A stretch of DNA of 64,000 nucleotides from a virus (IMGVR_UViG_3300017987_000015:4965-68964), one strand, 5' to 3'; positions 27,396-37,029 are shown, counted from the stretch's first letter. Translations and numbers: made by a program. The notes: generated from the letters alone by a model not told the origin.

Positions 27396-28022
27396 ATGAA
27401 GATGAGTTCCAGAGTGGCGCAGAGGATAGCCGATCGAATCACGGACGGTCTGCTGGTATCCGGACGGGGGCGAGCAGCCAATGCCAAGGCCGGTGGCGAT
27501 GACTTTACCGATTTCGTCCGGACTCTAACGAGAGACCTGAGCCGGTTTCAGAGAGAGATATTTAGCACCGTTGACCGGGTGTGTAAAAGATTCGGTGTCG
27601 AGACCCCATCTGCTATCCGCGGCATAATTGTGGAGGATCTCGGCGAGCTCGTTGCTTACGTTCAGGCAGCAGCGGCCCGGGGCTCTTATCGATCAATTGC
27701 CGGGTTGGCGACTAACCCGGTTGCTCCTATCAGATATCTTGCTGATGACCCTGAGGAGCTGTTGGAGGAGATAGATGCAGCGACCACTTATCTGGAGAGA
27801 CGGAGGGGTGAGCTGGTGAAGCTGAGTGGGGGTATCGCCCTGTCGAGCCGCACTTTCAAGCGCCTGTTGCATGTGACGGCCGGGGGGCGGGACGAGGCAT
27901 CTAGGGAGCTGGCCAGGCATATAAAAGGGATATCGGAGGAGGTGGCCGCGGCATTCTCTGCAACCCATGAGGCTCTGGATAGGGTAGAGCGGGCGTTGTC
28001 CTCTCTGGAAAGGATTCGATGA
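27396..28022 (+). CDS. Candidate capsid cargo protein (leader type A), helical
   Basis: VAQRIADRITDGL...AKAGGD. Confidence 0.65.
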   Translation: MKMSSRVAQRIADRITDGLLVSGRGRAANAKAGGDDFTDFVRTLTRDLSRFQREIFSTVDRVCKRFGVETPSAIRGIIVEDLGELVAYVQAAAARGSYRSIAGLATNPVAPIRYLADDPEELLEEIDAATTYLERRRGELVKLSGGIALSSRTFKRLLHVTAGGRDEASRELARHIKGISEEVAAAFSATHEALDRVERALSSLERIR

Positions 28023-28387
28023 TGAGTGGGGCACTACAGCAATTTCTGAAGAGTGGGGGCGCGTTCGATGATCTGAAAGGCAACGATGGTTCCTCTCCCC
28101 CCGTTAAGGCAGGGGGAGATTTGGATTGGCTACAGGGCCGGCTGCAGGGTTCCCAGCGCGAATTGGGTGGGCTGATGCGCAGGGTACATAACCTGTCCGG
28201 GGATGTGGTCCAAGTCGGTCTGGACTTGGCCCCTGTCGGGCAGCGGGCAGAGCGGGCGGGATTCGACGATATCTTCAGTACAGCCGCCGATGCCTTCGAC
28301 CACATCGCCGATGCCAGGGAGCTTCTGGACTCCGCCGAGAAGGCCCTCAAGCAGGCGGAGAGGGTGTTGAATAGGGGAACTAGATGA
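28019..28387 (+). CDS. Candidate capsid cargo protein, helical
   Basis: ALQQFLKSGGAFDDLKG...PVKAGGD. Confidence 0.65.
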   Translation: MMSGALQQFLKSGGAFDDLKGNDGSSPPVKAGGDLDWLQGRLQGSQRELGGLMRRVHNLSGDVVQVGLDLAPVGQRAERAGFDDIFSTAADAFDHIADARELLDSAEKALKQAERVLNRGTR

Positions 28388-28899
28388 GCAACCGACCAGT
28401 AGCACAAGAGATCGCCTCCCGTATTGCCGAGGGACTAGCGGGTGGGCCAATCAAGGCCGGCGGTGACGTTGCCAGATTAGAGAGGGAGCTGGAGACCGAG
28501 TTTGGTGCATTGGCCCGTCAGGTGAAGAGCCGGGTGGAGAATGTGTGTGGCCGGTTCGGCATTTCTTTGGGGCCCAAACTGCAGCGGTGGATAGACAGAG
28601 CATTCAGAGATTTGCATATTCGGATTTCAGACACCGTTGGGTATATGATGGAGGAAGCCGGCATGCTGTCCTTGCCCGACTCCCGGCTTCCGGCTGTCAA
28701 GTTCGGCTCCAATGAGAAGCTCCTCAAAGAGGCCTCCCAGCATCTGGAGCGGGCCTACCGGGTGGCGGACATGGCGTCCAAGTCACTCAGGCGGACTGAT
28801 CCCTCTACTTCGGATCTAATCGATCGAGCTACTCGCAAGATGGCTGCTGCCAATGGAGAGATCCGGGGGGCGAAAGACCGGTTGGGAGGATACCCGTGA
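28384..28899 (+). CDS. Candidate capsid cargo protein (leader type A), paralogue of 27396
   Basis: VAQEIASRIAEGL...IKAGGD...VCGRFGI. Confidence 0.65.
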   Translation: MSNRPVAQEIASRIAEGLAGGPIKAGGDVARLERELETEFGALARQVKSRVENVCGRFGISLGPKLQRWIDRAFRDLHIRISDTVGYMMEEAGMLSLPDSRLPAVKFGSNEKLLKEASQHLERAYRVADMASKSLRRTDPSTSDLIDRATRKMAAANGEIRGAKDRLGGYP

Positions 28900-29510
28900 G
28901 CACCTATCGGCACAGGCCGTATCGAGCAGCAACCAGCGTCCCACGCCTCGTCCGACAGGTGGACGATGCAATCAAGGAGATCGACGGCATCAAGAAGGAA
29001 CTAGACACGGCCGGTACTCATTCGGCCAGGCTCAAAACCAAATTGCTAGCACTGGCCAGAGATGCCGCCGAATTCGGGGCCGAAGAAATCGCTGTTGCTG
29101 CGCGGTTCCTGTCCAAAAATGTTTTGCGCGACATGAACAGCGCAGATTCCAACCTGATCGAGGCCAAACACCAACTGGAGCAAGCGGCGCGCCGGCTGGA
29201 ATCCCGTGAAGAGAAGGCATATCCGCATATCCCGTCACCGGTCAAGGCAGGGCCTCTGGAGCCGTTCCCTACAGTGCTGAAGAACCATTGGAGATCGGTG
29301 TCCAGGATATTGAATGGGGATCTCAGCAGACAGCCCGGTGCTCTTAGGGCCAGAGCATCTGAGATAAAGAATGAGAACGGTGGGGCCCCCGATCGGCATA
29401 CTGAGGCCCTATACCAGGCGGCCGACAAGGTGGACGATGCCTTGAAGGCTCTGGATAATGCCCGGTCGGTTCTGGGCAGGGCCGGGACCATCCTGCAGCG
29501 GGCGGGATAG
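28896..29510 (+). CDS. Candidate capsid cargo protein with two helical domains
   Basis: Internal EKAY and PVKAG sites separate two amphipathic helical blocks. Confidence 0.6.
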   Translation: MSTYRHRPYRAATSVPRLVRQVDDAIKEIDGIKKELDTAGTHSARLKTKLLALARDAAEFGAEEIAVAARFLSKNVLRDMNSADSNLIEAKHQLEQAARRLESREEKAYPHIPSPVKAGPLEPFPTVLKNHWRSVSRILNGDLSRQPGALRARASEIKNENGGAPDRHTEALYQAADKVDDALKALDNARSVLGRAGTILQRAG

Positions 29511-29584
29511 GAGGTAACGGGGGGGGAGATTTCTGGGTAAAAGAGGGCGGCGGCATCTGAGCTGGCACGATTTCAACCATATAC

Positions 29585-30142
29585 TTGAGGAGAAAACCAA
29601 TGACTTCTGAAGGAATGAGTGGTACGCGCAACAAAATGACGGGGGCCCTGATCGTTGGGGCCCTGCTTCCGGTTTTGCTTCCAGCGCTTCTGGTGATCCC
29701 GGTGGGCACGAGCCCAGAGGAAGTTTGGGAGGCCATCCTGGCCTTCCTCACCATGGTCTGGACCTATGATGGGGTCAAGTGGATCGTGTTTCATGTCCTG
29801 CTGAACACCGTTGCAGCTTTGGCGGTTTCGATCTACACCGGTGAGTTCATCTTGGGGAAGTTCTTCGAGTTTCTGTATCGGAAACTCCTGCCCTACGTGT
29901 TGCTCTACTATGTGGCCAAGCTGGTGGGGATGGAAGTTGGCCAGGAGTGGATCGCCCCTGCTTGTTGGGCCATCATCGGGGCTACCCTGCTGGGCGATCT
30001 GGCCGACAATGCCCTGAAGCTGAACCTCCCATTACCAGAGAAGGTCAAGATGGCTCTGTCCTGGTTCGTGAAGATGGTCAAGGCCAATCCCAGCATGCAG
30101 GCCAGGGAGGCCTACCTCCGGCACTACAGGAGCAAGTTCTAG
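29585..30142 (+). CDS. Holin-like multi-TM membrane protein
   Basis: Several hydrophobic segments; upstream of the putative lysin. Confidence 0.55.
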   Translation: MRRKPMTSEGMSGTRNKMTGALIVGALLPVLLPALLVIPVGTSPEEVWEAILAFLTMVWTYDGVKWIVFHVLLNTVAALAVSIYTGEFILGKFFEFLYRKLLPYVLLYYVAKLVGMEVGQEWIAPACWAIIGATLLGDLADNALKLNLPLPEKVKMALSWFVKMVKANPSMQAREAYLRHYRSKF

Positions 30143-30178
30143 AGCCGAAGCCGGCCAGATAGGAGCGCACACTGATGA

Positions 30179-30658
30179 ATGGGCCAAACGGTGAATAGCA
30201 CTTTAACAACCATCTTGATATCTCTGATCTCGGGGAGCGCCCCGTCTATTGTCTTGTGGCTGCTTACCAGACGCAAATACGAGGCAGAAGTTGGCAAGCT
30301 GAAGGCGGAAACAGAGAAGCTGGAAAGCGACGCTGCAGCGCTACTGACGGAGGCTGCATCCGGATTGGTGGGGGATCTTCGCTCCGAGGTGGATGCGCTC
30401 AAAGAGGACAAGCGGGGCCTGGAGAAGCGGGTTTCCCAGTTGGAGGAATTGGGCGGTAGACAATCAGCCACCATTGCCAATCTGAAAATAGCTCTATCCA
30501 GGGCGGAGGGCAAGATCTATCAGTTGGAGTGTGAGAACAGGACTCTGAGAGAGACCAATCACCGTTTGGCCCAGCATTTGGCAGATATGACGGGGGGAGA
30601 CACAGGCCCCCTAGACATACTGGGAGAGGAGCCTTGTGAAGGCGAGGACGAGAGCTGA
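30179..30658 (+). CDS. TM plus coiled-coil protein (lysis accessory)
   Basis: N-terminal TM followed by a long heptad-rich region. Confidence 0.55.
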   Translation: MGQTVNSTLTTILISLISGSAPSIVLWLLTRRKYEAEVGKLKAETEKLESDAAALLTEAASGLVGDLRSEVDALKEDKRGLEKRVSQLEELGGRQSATIANLKIALSRAEGKIYQLECENRTLRETNHRLAQHLADMTGGDTGPLDILGEEPCEGEDES

Positions 30659-32622
30659 TGACTGAGCGCGACTACCTTGAAAATCCAGGGTTCAATGTGC
30701 CGTGGGAGGCAGAGGAAAGCCACAGGTACCTGGTCGTCCCGCTGGAGGACGGGCGGCCGCCGTTTTTCACGCAGGCCGGCATTATTCACGCTCCCCCACG
30801 CTGGACACCCTGGTGTATAGTGGACGAGGAGAGTGGGTGGGACCACCCAGAGGTTCATCTCAGATCGAGGGAGCAATTTCCGGAGCGAGTGTGCGAAGGA
30901 GAGCGGTCTGCTATGCTGTTTACCTTCTTCAGGCGGCATGATGCAGGATTCCAGCAGACGCTTCGGGTCCCGGCAGGGACTCTGATCAGACTCACTGCTA
31001 GAGCCCATGCCTGGAGCAACCATCTGGATGGGGAGCACCCGGACGATCCGAGGTGGAGTGAGGGGGCGGGGTACGGAGCCGGGTTCTTGTCGGCCGGCTT
31101 GGCCCCCAACGATGAATGGGCAAATTTCACCTTCTGGGTGGGCATAGACCCAACTGGGGGGAACGACCCACTATCCGATTCGGTGGTCTGGGGACACGGG
31201 GCCCACATCTATAACGAGTTTGCGGATGTCCCCCCAGTGGAGGTGATGGCCGGCGACAGTCCGATCACGGTGTTTCTGAGATCGAGAACGGCCTATCCTT
31301 TCAAGCATAATGATGCCTATTGGGATGATGCCCATCTTCTGGAGGTCCCCGTTGAGCCGGAGATCGAGGGGGGATCGACAAAGCTTGGGGCCCATGTTCT
31401 GAGGACAGCAGCGGATTTGGGAGGGTATATCGATGCCGGCCCGGCTGTGGTCAAATTCGTGGGAGATTGGGGGATGGCGGAGCAGGTCCCGGAGGGGGTC
31501 CTGGTTGTCGGCAGAAAGCACATGTCGGAGTATGATGCCCAGCAGCAGCGGGCATCCGGTCAGGGCCCGGACGATGCAGCCCGGCAATTCATTGAGGATC
31601 AGAGGGGAGTTTATCAGTCCAATCCTGGTATCAAGTACTGGGAGGGGCACAATGAGCCTGTGTGGAACTCTGTGGAGGATATGACCTGGTATGCCCGGTT
31701 CGAGATCGAACGGATGCGCCTGATGGCGGATCTAGGCCTCAAGTGTGTGATTGGCAATTTTGCCACAGGCACCCCTGCACTCAACCTCTGGCCGGCATTC
31801 GTTCCGGCTTGTAGGGTGGGCAAACAGAGAGGGGCCCTGCTGGGCCTGCACGAGTATAGTTGCCCCTGGATGTGGTGGATGACTGGAGCGTATCAGATAG
31901 ACCCGACCGAGGATGAGGGGGACGAGGGCTGGACTACATTGCGATACAGAAAGGTCTATCGGCAGCACCTAATACCAAGCGATGCTGTTATCCCTTTGGT
32001 GATCACCGAGTGCGGGATAGACGGACTCGTTAGGCCGTTGCCACCCGGAGTAGATGGGGGGGCCTGGAGCGACCTGGGGGACTTTTGGCGCGACCACGAC
32101 CAGGAGCCGGACAAGGAGGACTACTACTTCAGGCAGCTTGTCTGGTATGATCGGGAATTGCAGAAGGATGAGTATGTGGTGGGTGCTACGGTGTTCGCTT
32201 GGGGAAATTTCGGGCCGCCATGGGATGCATTCGATATAGCGGGAACGGGGGTATCCGAGAAATTGACTCAGTATACCATAGAGCATCCGGCTGAGGGGTT
32301 CGATCCAGGAGGTTCGGGCAGGGGGACCCCACGAATCCAGTACAATAGGACCTATGTTCTTTTGCCCCCCGATTGTGGGGCCGAGTGGGCTGCGGCCGTG
32401 ATTGCTGCAACCTGGGAGGAACACCGCTTCACGATCGGTGGAAGTGCGGATGATGCTGGCATCGGGGATCTCGACTATCGCCGAGTCGTTGCGGTCAACC
32501 CGGAGCAGTGGCGCTCCGATCTGGAAGGATTCTATCAGCGGCATTACCCGAAGGTGATTTTCCGGCCGATAACGGCGGAATCCCCTGAAGAACTGGGGGT
32601 GGCGCTTCGTGCTCTGGAGTGA
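30658..32622 (+). CDS. Putative endolysin: clan GH-A-like glycoside hydrolase with flanking binding domains
   Basis: HNEP, LHEY, VITECG motifs; N-terminal GIDPTGG...YWDD domain; follows the holin-like genes. Confidence 0.6.
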   Translation: MTERDYLENPGFNVPWEAEESHRYLVVPLEDGRPPFFTQAGIIHAPPRWTPWCIVDEESGWDHPEVHLRSREQFPERVCEGERSAMLFTFFRRHDAGFQQTLRVPAGTLIRLTARAHAWSNHLDGEHPDDPRWSEGAGYGAGFLSAGLAPNDEWANFTFWVGIDPTGGNDPLSDSVVWGHGAHIYNEFADVPPVEVMAGDSPITVFLRSRTAYPFKHNDAYWDDAHLLEVPVEPEIEGGSTKLGAHVLRTAADLGGYIDAGPAVVKFVGDWGMAEQVPEGVLVVGRKHMSEYDAQQQRASGQGPDDAARQFIEDQRGVYQSNPGIKYWEGHNEPVWNSVEDMTWYARFEIERMRLMADLGLKCVIGNFATGTPALNLWPAFVPACRVGKQRGALLGLHEYSCPWMWWMTGAYQIDPTEDEGDEGWTTLRYRKVYRQHLIPSDAVIPLVITECGIDGLVRPLPPGVDGGAWSDLGDFWRDHDQEPDKEDYYFRQLVWYDRELQKDEYVVGATVFAWGNFGPPWDAFDIAGTGVSEKLTQYTIEHPAEGFDPGGSGRGTPRIQYNRTYVLLPPDCGAEWAAAVIAATWEEHRFTIGGSADDAGIGDLDYRRVVAVNPEQWRSDLEGFYQRHYPKVIFRPITAESPEELGVALRALE

Positions 32623-32625
32623 GAG

Positions 32626-32823
32626 ATGGCCCGCGATAATAGGTGCTATCTGCGCGGCTGGACACCTCTAGGGCTGTTCAACTCGTTGGTGGGGTGTCTG
32701 TTCAATCGGGTGCTGGTGAAAGTTGAGGACAGCAGAACCGGGAGGACAGTGCGACGATATTGGGATAGGGCGTCAGCCCACCCAGGGGGAAAAGATGGCC
32801 AGTATACAACCAACCGAGAGTAA
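32626..32823 (+). CDS. Small hypothetical protein
   Basis: Co-oriented, GGAG RBS. Confidence 0.4.
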   Translation: MARDNRCYLRGWTPLGLFNSLVGCLFNRVLVKVEDSRTGRTVRRYWDRASAHPGGKDGQYTTNRE

Positions 32824-33091
32824 TGGGTCTTCTACCCCCCCACTGACCCCCCTGCCGGATAGTCAGGCGTGGGCGGCCCTGAGAGAGTGGAACCGCAGAG
32901 CCATTGCCGGGGCCCTGAGCGTTCCGGTGGAGGTCTTGTGGGGCAAGGACCTCTGGGATGCCATCAGGGATGGTTTGGATCGGGCAGACCGGGCAATCGA
33001 CGATGTCTGCGAAAAGTGCAATATCGATAGGACAGAGATCGAGAAAGAGGCCCAGAAAGCAGACGCCGATGCCGGGGAGGATGGGGAATGA
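32795..33091 (+). CDS. Hypothetical protein
   Basis: ATG 32795, co-oriented. Confidence 0.45.
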   Translation: MASIQPTESNGSSTPPLTPLPDSQAWAALREWNRRAIAGALSVPVEVLWGKDLWDAIRDGLDRADRAIDDVCEKCNIDRTEIEKEAQKADADAGEDGE

Positions 33092-33474
33092 GCACTATGG
33101 CACTGGTTGACCGGATAGCCGAGAGGGTGGCGGCCGGCCTGAAGGGATACGGAAGTCAGTGGCGGGTATGCGATTACAAGGGGAAGCTGGCAATCACGCT
33201 TCCGGCAGCCCCAGACTGGAATGAGCCGTTTATGGTCAAGCCGTACCACGTCTCTAATATCCCGGTCAGTCAATATCGGGAGCTGCTAGATTGCCCGGTT
33301 CGTAACCTCCGTGGGAATGTGGGGACGGTTGCCCCGATCGGTGGGAGACCCAAACGCCTGGATACTTCGGGGTGGAAAAGAATCGAGGAGAAGAAACGAG
33401 TACGCAAGCCCCCCAAGGGCAGGGATTACGACTATGTGTGGGAGCGGGGGGAATGGAGGAAAGAGTGGGTATAG
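33088..33474 (+). CDS. Candidate capsid cargo protein (leader type A)
   Basis: ALVDRIAERVAAGLK|G. Confidence 0.6.
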   Translation: MSTMALVDRIAERVAAGLKGYGSQWRVCDYKGKLAITLPAAPDWNEPFMVKPYHVSNIPVSQYRELLDCPVRNLRGNVGTVAPIGGRPKRLDTSGWKRIEEKKRVRKPPKGRDYDYVWERGEWRKEWV

Positions 33475-33494
33475 GAGGAGACAGGCCGGATCTG

Positions 33495-33701
33495 ATGCAG
33501 GATGTCCTGGACTCGCTTGAGAAGCTGGCAGAACAGAAGCAGGAGGCTGTGGCCCTTTGTAGAGAGCTGCTTGGTGTGCTCGAGCGGATCCATGAGGGAT
33601 TCGATGAGAGGGATTCAGAGAAGGCATCGAGCGTCCTGGGACGGAGCTTAATCGATGCCTGGTCAAAGAAGATCGAGGGGCTGAGTCATGCGAAAGATTG
33701 A
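33495..33701 (+). CDS. Small helical hypothetical protein
   Basis: Co-oriented; overlaps the start of the next gene. Confidence 0.4.
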   Translation: MQDVLDSLEKLAEQKQEAVALCRELLGVLERIHEGFDERDSEKASSVLGRSLIDAWSKKIEGLSHAKD

Positions 33702-34506
33702 CCGGGTTCTGGAGGAGATGAATGGCGGCCTGGTGGGGTTCCGTGTTAGAGACCAGCGGGTGCTGTTCAAAGCGGTAGCAAGGACTGTCACGCCGGCTTC
33801 TGGGTGGATCTCGGACGATGGTACCGATGTGGATTTCATCATCCTCACCCGCAAATGGAGGGCCCAAGTGCAGGAGGTGGGAACCCGGATTCCTCCAGTG
33901 TTCCTGCAGACCGATGAGCGGTGGGCCGATCTAAGGTACTCGCCAGAGAGCCGGCTGACCTTCGACCAGGCCGGCTGTCTGGTATGCACTGCAGCTTCAT
34001 TGGCGGCCTGGGCAGGGTATGACGTGGACCCGGTATCCTTTGCTGGGGCCATTGCTGAGAAGGGGGCTTTCTCTGGCGGGAATTTGGGGCATCCCTCAGC
34101 AGTGGCGCGGGCGTTTCCGAAGTTGACATGGCATTTGGCAGGGGATCGGGTGTACTGGTCTCCCAAATATCAACAAAGGGAGACCAGTCGCATTGATTGG
34201 GGGGACAGACCGGCGGACGTTGGGTGCTTGGGGCCCATCCTGGAAGCCCAGCCCGTTCCGATCAAGGTGGACTACAAGCCGAATACCAGACCGATCGATC
34301 AGCACTTTGTCTTGGCGTATTGTTATATTCCAGACCCAAACGGAGGGCTGAACGATGATCTGTTGGTGATGGACCCAATGTCTGGGAGGACGTCTGCACT
34401 GACGTATTTCAACCCAGATTGGTTGAACGATTGGATGAAACGGGAAGGCGTAACGCGTGTGGAGCGGCTCCTGATGGGGGCCAGGGTTTGGGACATACAA
34501 GACTAG
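33688..34506 (+). CDS. Peptidase C39-like (papain-fold) protein with an N-terminal extension
   Basis: QTDERW...GCLVCTAASL (Cys), QHFVL (His), MDP (Asp). Confidence 0.7.
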   Translation: MRKIDRVLEEMNGGLVGFRVRDQRVLFKAVARTVTPASGWISDDGTDVDFIILTRKWRAQVQEVGTRIPPVFLQTDERWADLRYSPESRLTFDQAGCLVCTAASLAAWAGYDVDPVSFAGAIAEKGAFSGGNLGHPSAVARAFPKLTWHLAGDRVYWSPKYQQRETSRIDWGDRPADVGCLGPILEAQPVPIKVDYKPNTRPIDQHFVLAYCYIPDPNGGLNDDLLVMDPMSGRTSALTYFNPDWLNDWMKREGVTRVERLLMGARVWDIQD

Positions 34507-34547
34507 GGGCCCCATAGAGAGGGCCAATCCAAGTGGAGGGATGAAAG

Positions 34548-36215
34548 ATGAATAGCAAGATCAGCAGGGTTTTCAGTGTTCTGGCGCTCGTTTCCTTGTT
34601 GCTGGTGCTGGCGGGATGCGAAGAAGGGACCCCGTGGGATATCGGCATTGGGGGAGAACCGGCGGACGAGGAAATGCCGGCCGCGCGGTCAACCTACCAG
34701 TGCGCTGTTCATACAGAGCAGGGATGCGCTAAGCTCGTCGTCGAATCCGGCGGTGAGATCGAGGTCCAATCTGGCGGCACGGTTGACTTTCAGGATGGGG
34801 TCACCGTTGATCTCTCCAGCGGTGTTGACCTGGACGGGTCCACTCTGACTTGGGACGCAGATGGGGACACAACCGCTGTGGCGTCAGACGACGATGTGGT
34901 CAGCATGACTGTCGGGGCAAGCACCGGCTACTTTAACGTTCTCACTGGGAATCTCAAGGTGGGGGACGGCAGCCCGGATACCTCCCTCAACGGGGAGGAT
35001 CTTTATGTGGAGGGTACCATCGAGGTCGATGGGGCAGCAGATTTCGATGGGGCTGTCGATATGGCCAGCACTCTCAACCTGCTTGGGGCCCTCAGTGACA
35101 GTGGGGGGGCGCTCACTTTCGAGGACAACACGCTGATCGATGGCCAGTCAGATGCCGTCCAACTGACAATTCAGGGCCATACTACCCAGACGTCCAGTTC
35201 GTTTGTCGTGGAACAAAGCGACGGCACCGACAAATTCACCATTAACGACTTTGGGCAGGTAACGATCTCCCCAGAGATGGACGACGATGGGGCAAACTAT
35301 GACACGTGGGTCGGAATCGATGGCACTGTCACTGGAACCGGAACCAAAGATCGGGTTCGAGCCCTGGAGGTCGAGTTTGAGCGCCCGGCCGGCCAAGAGC
35401 TTACCAGTGGGGACCATGATGACGTGGGCATCAAGGTGGCTGTTAAAACCAAAGCCATTACCACGACCACCGGCACAGTGCTCCGAGGGATTGACTGTGA
35501 GGCGAAGGCCGACAATCCCAGCGGGACGGTCACCAACCTCTATGGTGGTCTGTTCACGTCCAAGAGCGATACCGGCGCTGGCGATGTCTCCGAGATGATC
35601 GCCCTGAGCAGCAACGTCCACAATAACGCGGCTGTGAACACGACGCTCCTATCTGCGGATTTCCGTCTGTATAGGCAAGCGGCTACAGAGCCCACTACGG
35701 AGGGGGTCGTCAGGGTTCGCAACGGCAGCACGTCTGGGACGGGATGCGATTACGGTGTGGGGATTGTCTCGGATGGCAGCGGGGAGACTGACGATTTCGA
35801 CTATGGGCTGGATATGTCCGGCGCTGATATCGACGATGCCGACATCCGGTTCTCCAATGGAACGACTCTTTATGAGACAACCGATACCGTACTGACTTTC
35901 GGCGAATTTCTGGCTGCCGAGGAGCAGTCTGCAGTCACCCTGGGCGATGGTGAGACGATCACGGCGACCGGCACTTTCCAGCCAATCACCTCGTCCGGAA
36001 ATGTCACCTGCAGCACTTCAACGTGTATTGTGGACGGCGTGGTCGATGGCCAGTTGCTGATTCTACAAAACGTGGGGTCCGACAACATCGTCATCGACGG
36101 CACGGGGGGCAATGTTGAATGCAAGAACGACGTCACCCTGGACGACAATGACACCTTGATGTTGCTCTGGAACGGCTCGGACTGGTTCTGCATCGCCAAT
36201 TACGATAACAGCTAG
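34548..36215 (+). CDS. Head-fibre-like acidic beta-rich protein with a lipoprotein signal peptide
   Basis: LLLVLAG|C lipobox; Y...HTEQG...VVESGGEIEV; Gly/Asp/Thr-rich beta repeats. Confidence 0.65.
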   Translation: MNSKISRVFSVLALVSLLLVLAGCEEGTPWDIGIGGEPADEEMPAARSTYQCAVHTEQGCAKLVVESGGEIEVQSGGTVDFQDGVTVDLSSGVDLDGSTLTWDADGDTTAVASDDDVVSMTVGASTGYFNVLTGNLKVGDGSPDTSLNGEDLYVEGTIEVDGAADFDGAVDMASTLNLLGALSDSGGALTFEDNTLIDGQSDAVQLTIQGHTTQTSSSFVVEQSDGTDKFTINDFGQVTISPEMDDDGANYDTWVGIDGTVTGTGTKDRVRALEVEFERPAGQELTSGDHDDVGIKVAVKTKAITTTTGTVLRGIDCEAKADNPSGTVTNLYGGLFTSKSDTGAGDVSEMIALSSNVHNNAAVNTTLLSADFRLYRQAATEPTTEGVVRVRNGSTSGTGCDYGVGIVSDGSGETDDFDYGLDMSGADIDDADIRFSNGTTLYETTDTVLTFGEFLAAEEQSAVTLGDGETITATGTFQPITSSGNVTCSTSTCIVDGVVDGQLLILQNVGSDNIVIDGTGGNVECKNDVTLDDNDTLMLLWNGSDWFCIANYDNS

Positions 36216-36246
36216 GCTTCATCTCCTTACTCTCCTTGTGGTGTGG

Positions 36247-36273
36247 GGGGAGGGATTGTCGGGATCCCTCCCC
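36247..36273 (+). terminator. GC-rich hairpin without a U-tract
   Basis: GGGGAGGGAT-7nt-ATCCCTCCCC. Confidence 0.45.
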
Positions 36274-36297
36274 CTGAGGGGAGATTGAAGGGATACT

Positions 36298-37029
36298 ATG
36301 GATATTCGGTGGACCAGAGCAGGGCCCAGGGGCGAGTACTGGACGGTTGAGGCGGAGCGTGTCGGTGTGTCTGCCCAAATAACCCCGATGGAAGGTGGGG
36401 GGTTCCGTCTGCAGATCAAGCGCAATGGGCGGCTCAGATACGACGAGCCGGTCAGGGGGACTCTTAGGGACGCCAAGCAGGCGTTTGCTGGGTTTCTGCG
36501 GAGGATACAGGCCGGCGTTTTGCCATCCAGACCTGTATTTGCCCGGTCTTTGGCTGCAGGGGCCGTCTGGACCGGGAACCAGGGAGACTACGCCGAAGGC
36601 ACCTGGCCGCAGGGCTGGGCTAAGGTCGAGTGGGTGAGTTCTCTGGGGGCCTGGAGGATTCAAGTTCGTTTGTTCCGTCGCCCGATTCAACGGGCGCAGG
36701 TGGAGGGCCTGGATAATCTGGATATGGCCAAGCAAAAGGCAGAGGAAATGTACAGGAAGGAACAACAGCGGATGGGCAAAAGATCGATGCCCCTTTGGAG
36801 GCTGCCGGCCCAATGGAAAGCGGTAGTATCTGGGGCCCGTGAGGTCTCTGTGGGCCTGTCTGAAATCGCTAGAGGTGTGGGCAAGGTCCAACGAGGGGTG
36901 CTGGCGGCTGTGCAGGAAACGGATCTGGTGGATTTGAACAGGGCTTTCACCAAATTCCAGAAGGCTGTTCTCAAGGCCATGGATGACTTCCAGGGGGACA
37001 GCTCCCGTATCTTAGAGGGAGGGGCTTGA
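36298..37029 (+). CDS. Candidate cargo polyprotein with three small domains
   Basis: Domains separated by FARS and GKRS; first domain paralogous to 13062..13559. Confidence 0.6.
   Translation: MDIRWTRAGPRGEYWTVEAERVGVSAQITPMEGGGFRLQIKRNGRLRYDEPVRGTLRDAKQAFAGFLRRIQAGVLPSRPVFARSLAAGAVWTGNQGDYAEGTWPQGWAKVEWVSSLGAWRIQVRLFRRPIQRAQVEGLDNLDMAKQKAEEMYRKEQQRMGKRSMPLWRLPAQWKAVVSGAREVSVGLSEIARGVGKVQRGVLAAVQETDLVDLNRAFTKFQKAVLKAMDDFQGDSSRILEGGA

Noticed and set aside
32795-33091. IAGALSVPVEVL resembling a portal motif
   Set aside because: Too short to support homology.
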